Of a DNA stretch of 64,000 bases, positions 63,551-64,000 are shown piece by piece; the stretch's first letter is position 1; each line of letters starts with the position of its first letter. Under the pieces are notes generated by a model, which had not been told where the DNA came from, did not search any database, and saw only the letters and a list, made by a program, of their open reading frames with translations. A program made the position numbers and the translations under genes. The stretch covers positions 258,044,001 to 258,108,000 of the forward strand of contig NC_091470.1 in assembly GCF_036971445.1 (NCBI RefSeq), written 5' to 3'. Source of the stretch: Narcine bancroftii (Eukaryota).

Positions 63551-64000
63551 TGTTACACCTCAAACGAACAACAGAAGATGCAATTCAAAAGGGTTCAATT
63601 TAAACTCTAAATTTATTAATGACTATTCATAACGTGACGTCTTAACCCAATTAACCCCACTATAAGTAACTATAACAAATATCATCTTCATAAACAGTGT
63701 GTATGTAAAAAAAATAACCCAGACCATTTACAGACTGCCCAATATTCAAAAAGAGAAAAATCCCCCAAAATATCCCAGCTGTCAGTCAAGTAAGTCAATC
63801 CAAAATCACAGTCCACAGAATTCAATCCCAAAGCTCAATGTCCAAATTCACTTCCCCCAAATGAATAACAGAAGGACGTCGTATTGAACGTTGGAGAGAG
63901 AAGTGACTTATGTTGAGTTGCTGTAAGCTTACATATCCTTTTTCAAGGCCTCCTTAGATGACTGCCCTCTGTTCTCAAATTGTGGTTTTTAACCCTTCAT
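63551..64000 (-). mobile_element. Probable LTR running off the window
   Basis: Starts TGTTAC, like the 3007 LTR; tttatt near the start, followed by a similar ttaacc-rich layout. Confidence 0.4.

Overview
Eukaryotic DNA from a cartilaginous fish, probably a ray. This is inferred from the CR1/Rex1/Penelope/V-SINE repeat set; the young RTE family resembles one I recall from electric-ray (Narcine) sequence, which is unverified. The only host gene found is MRPL13 on the + strand: a 122-nt internal coding exon (14447-14568) and the terminal exon (coding 61615-61639, then 3'UTR), separated by a 47,046-bp GT-AG intron. Most of the rest is transposon debris: two decayed CsRn1-type Gypsy elements, solo LTRs, Tx1, L1, CR1, Rex1/Babar and RTE LINEs, Penelope elements, V-SINEs, a Tc1 transposon and Tigger/hAT MITEs. 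The most notable observations are: (1) a young RTE insertion with a twin-priming-type 5' inversion; (2) short Penelope-derived hairpin insertions enclosing decayed hammerhead-ribozyme cores; (3) a CpG-rich multi-hairpin island in apparently unique intronic DNA; (4) a four-level nest, Penelope > Tc1 > CR1 > MITE/RTE; (5) Tigger MITEs that each carry a GC-rich minisatellite. No prokaryotic system or CRISPR array is present. I found no clearly new biological system, only candidates. All calls were made by eye, and boundaries of old repeats are approximate.
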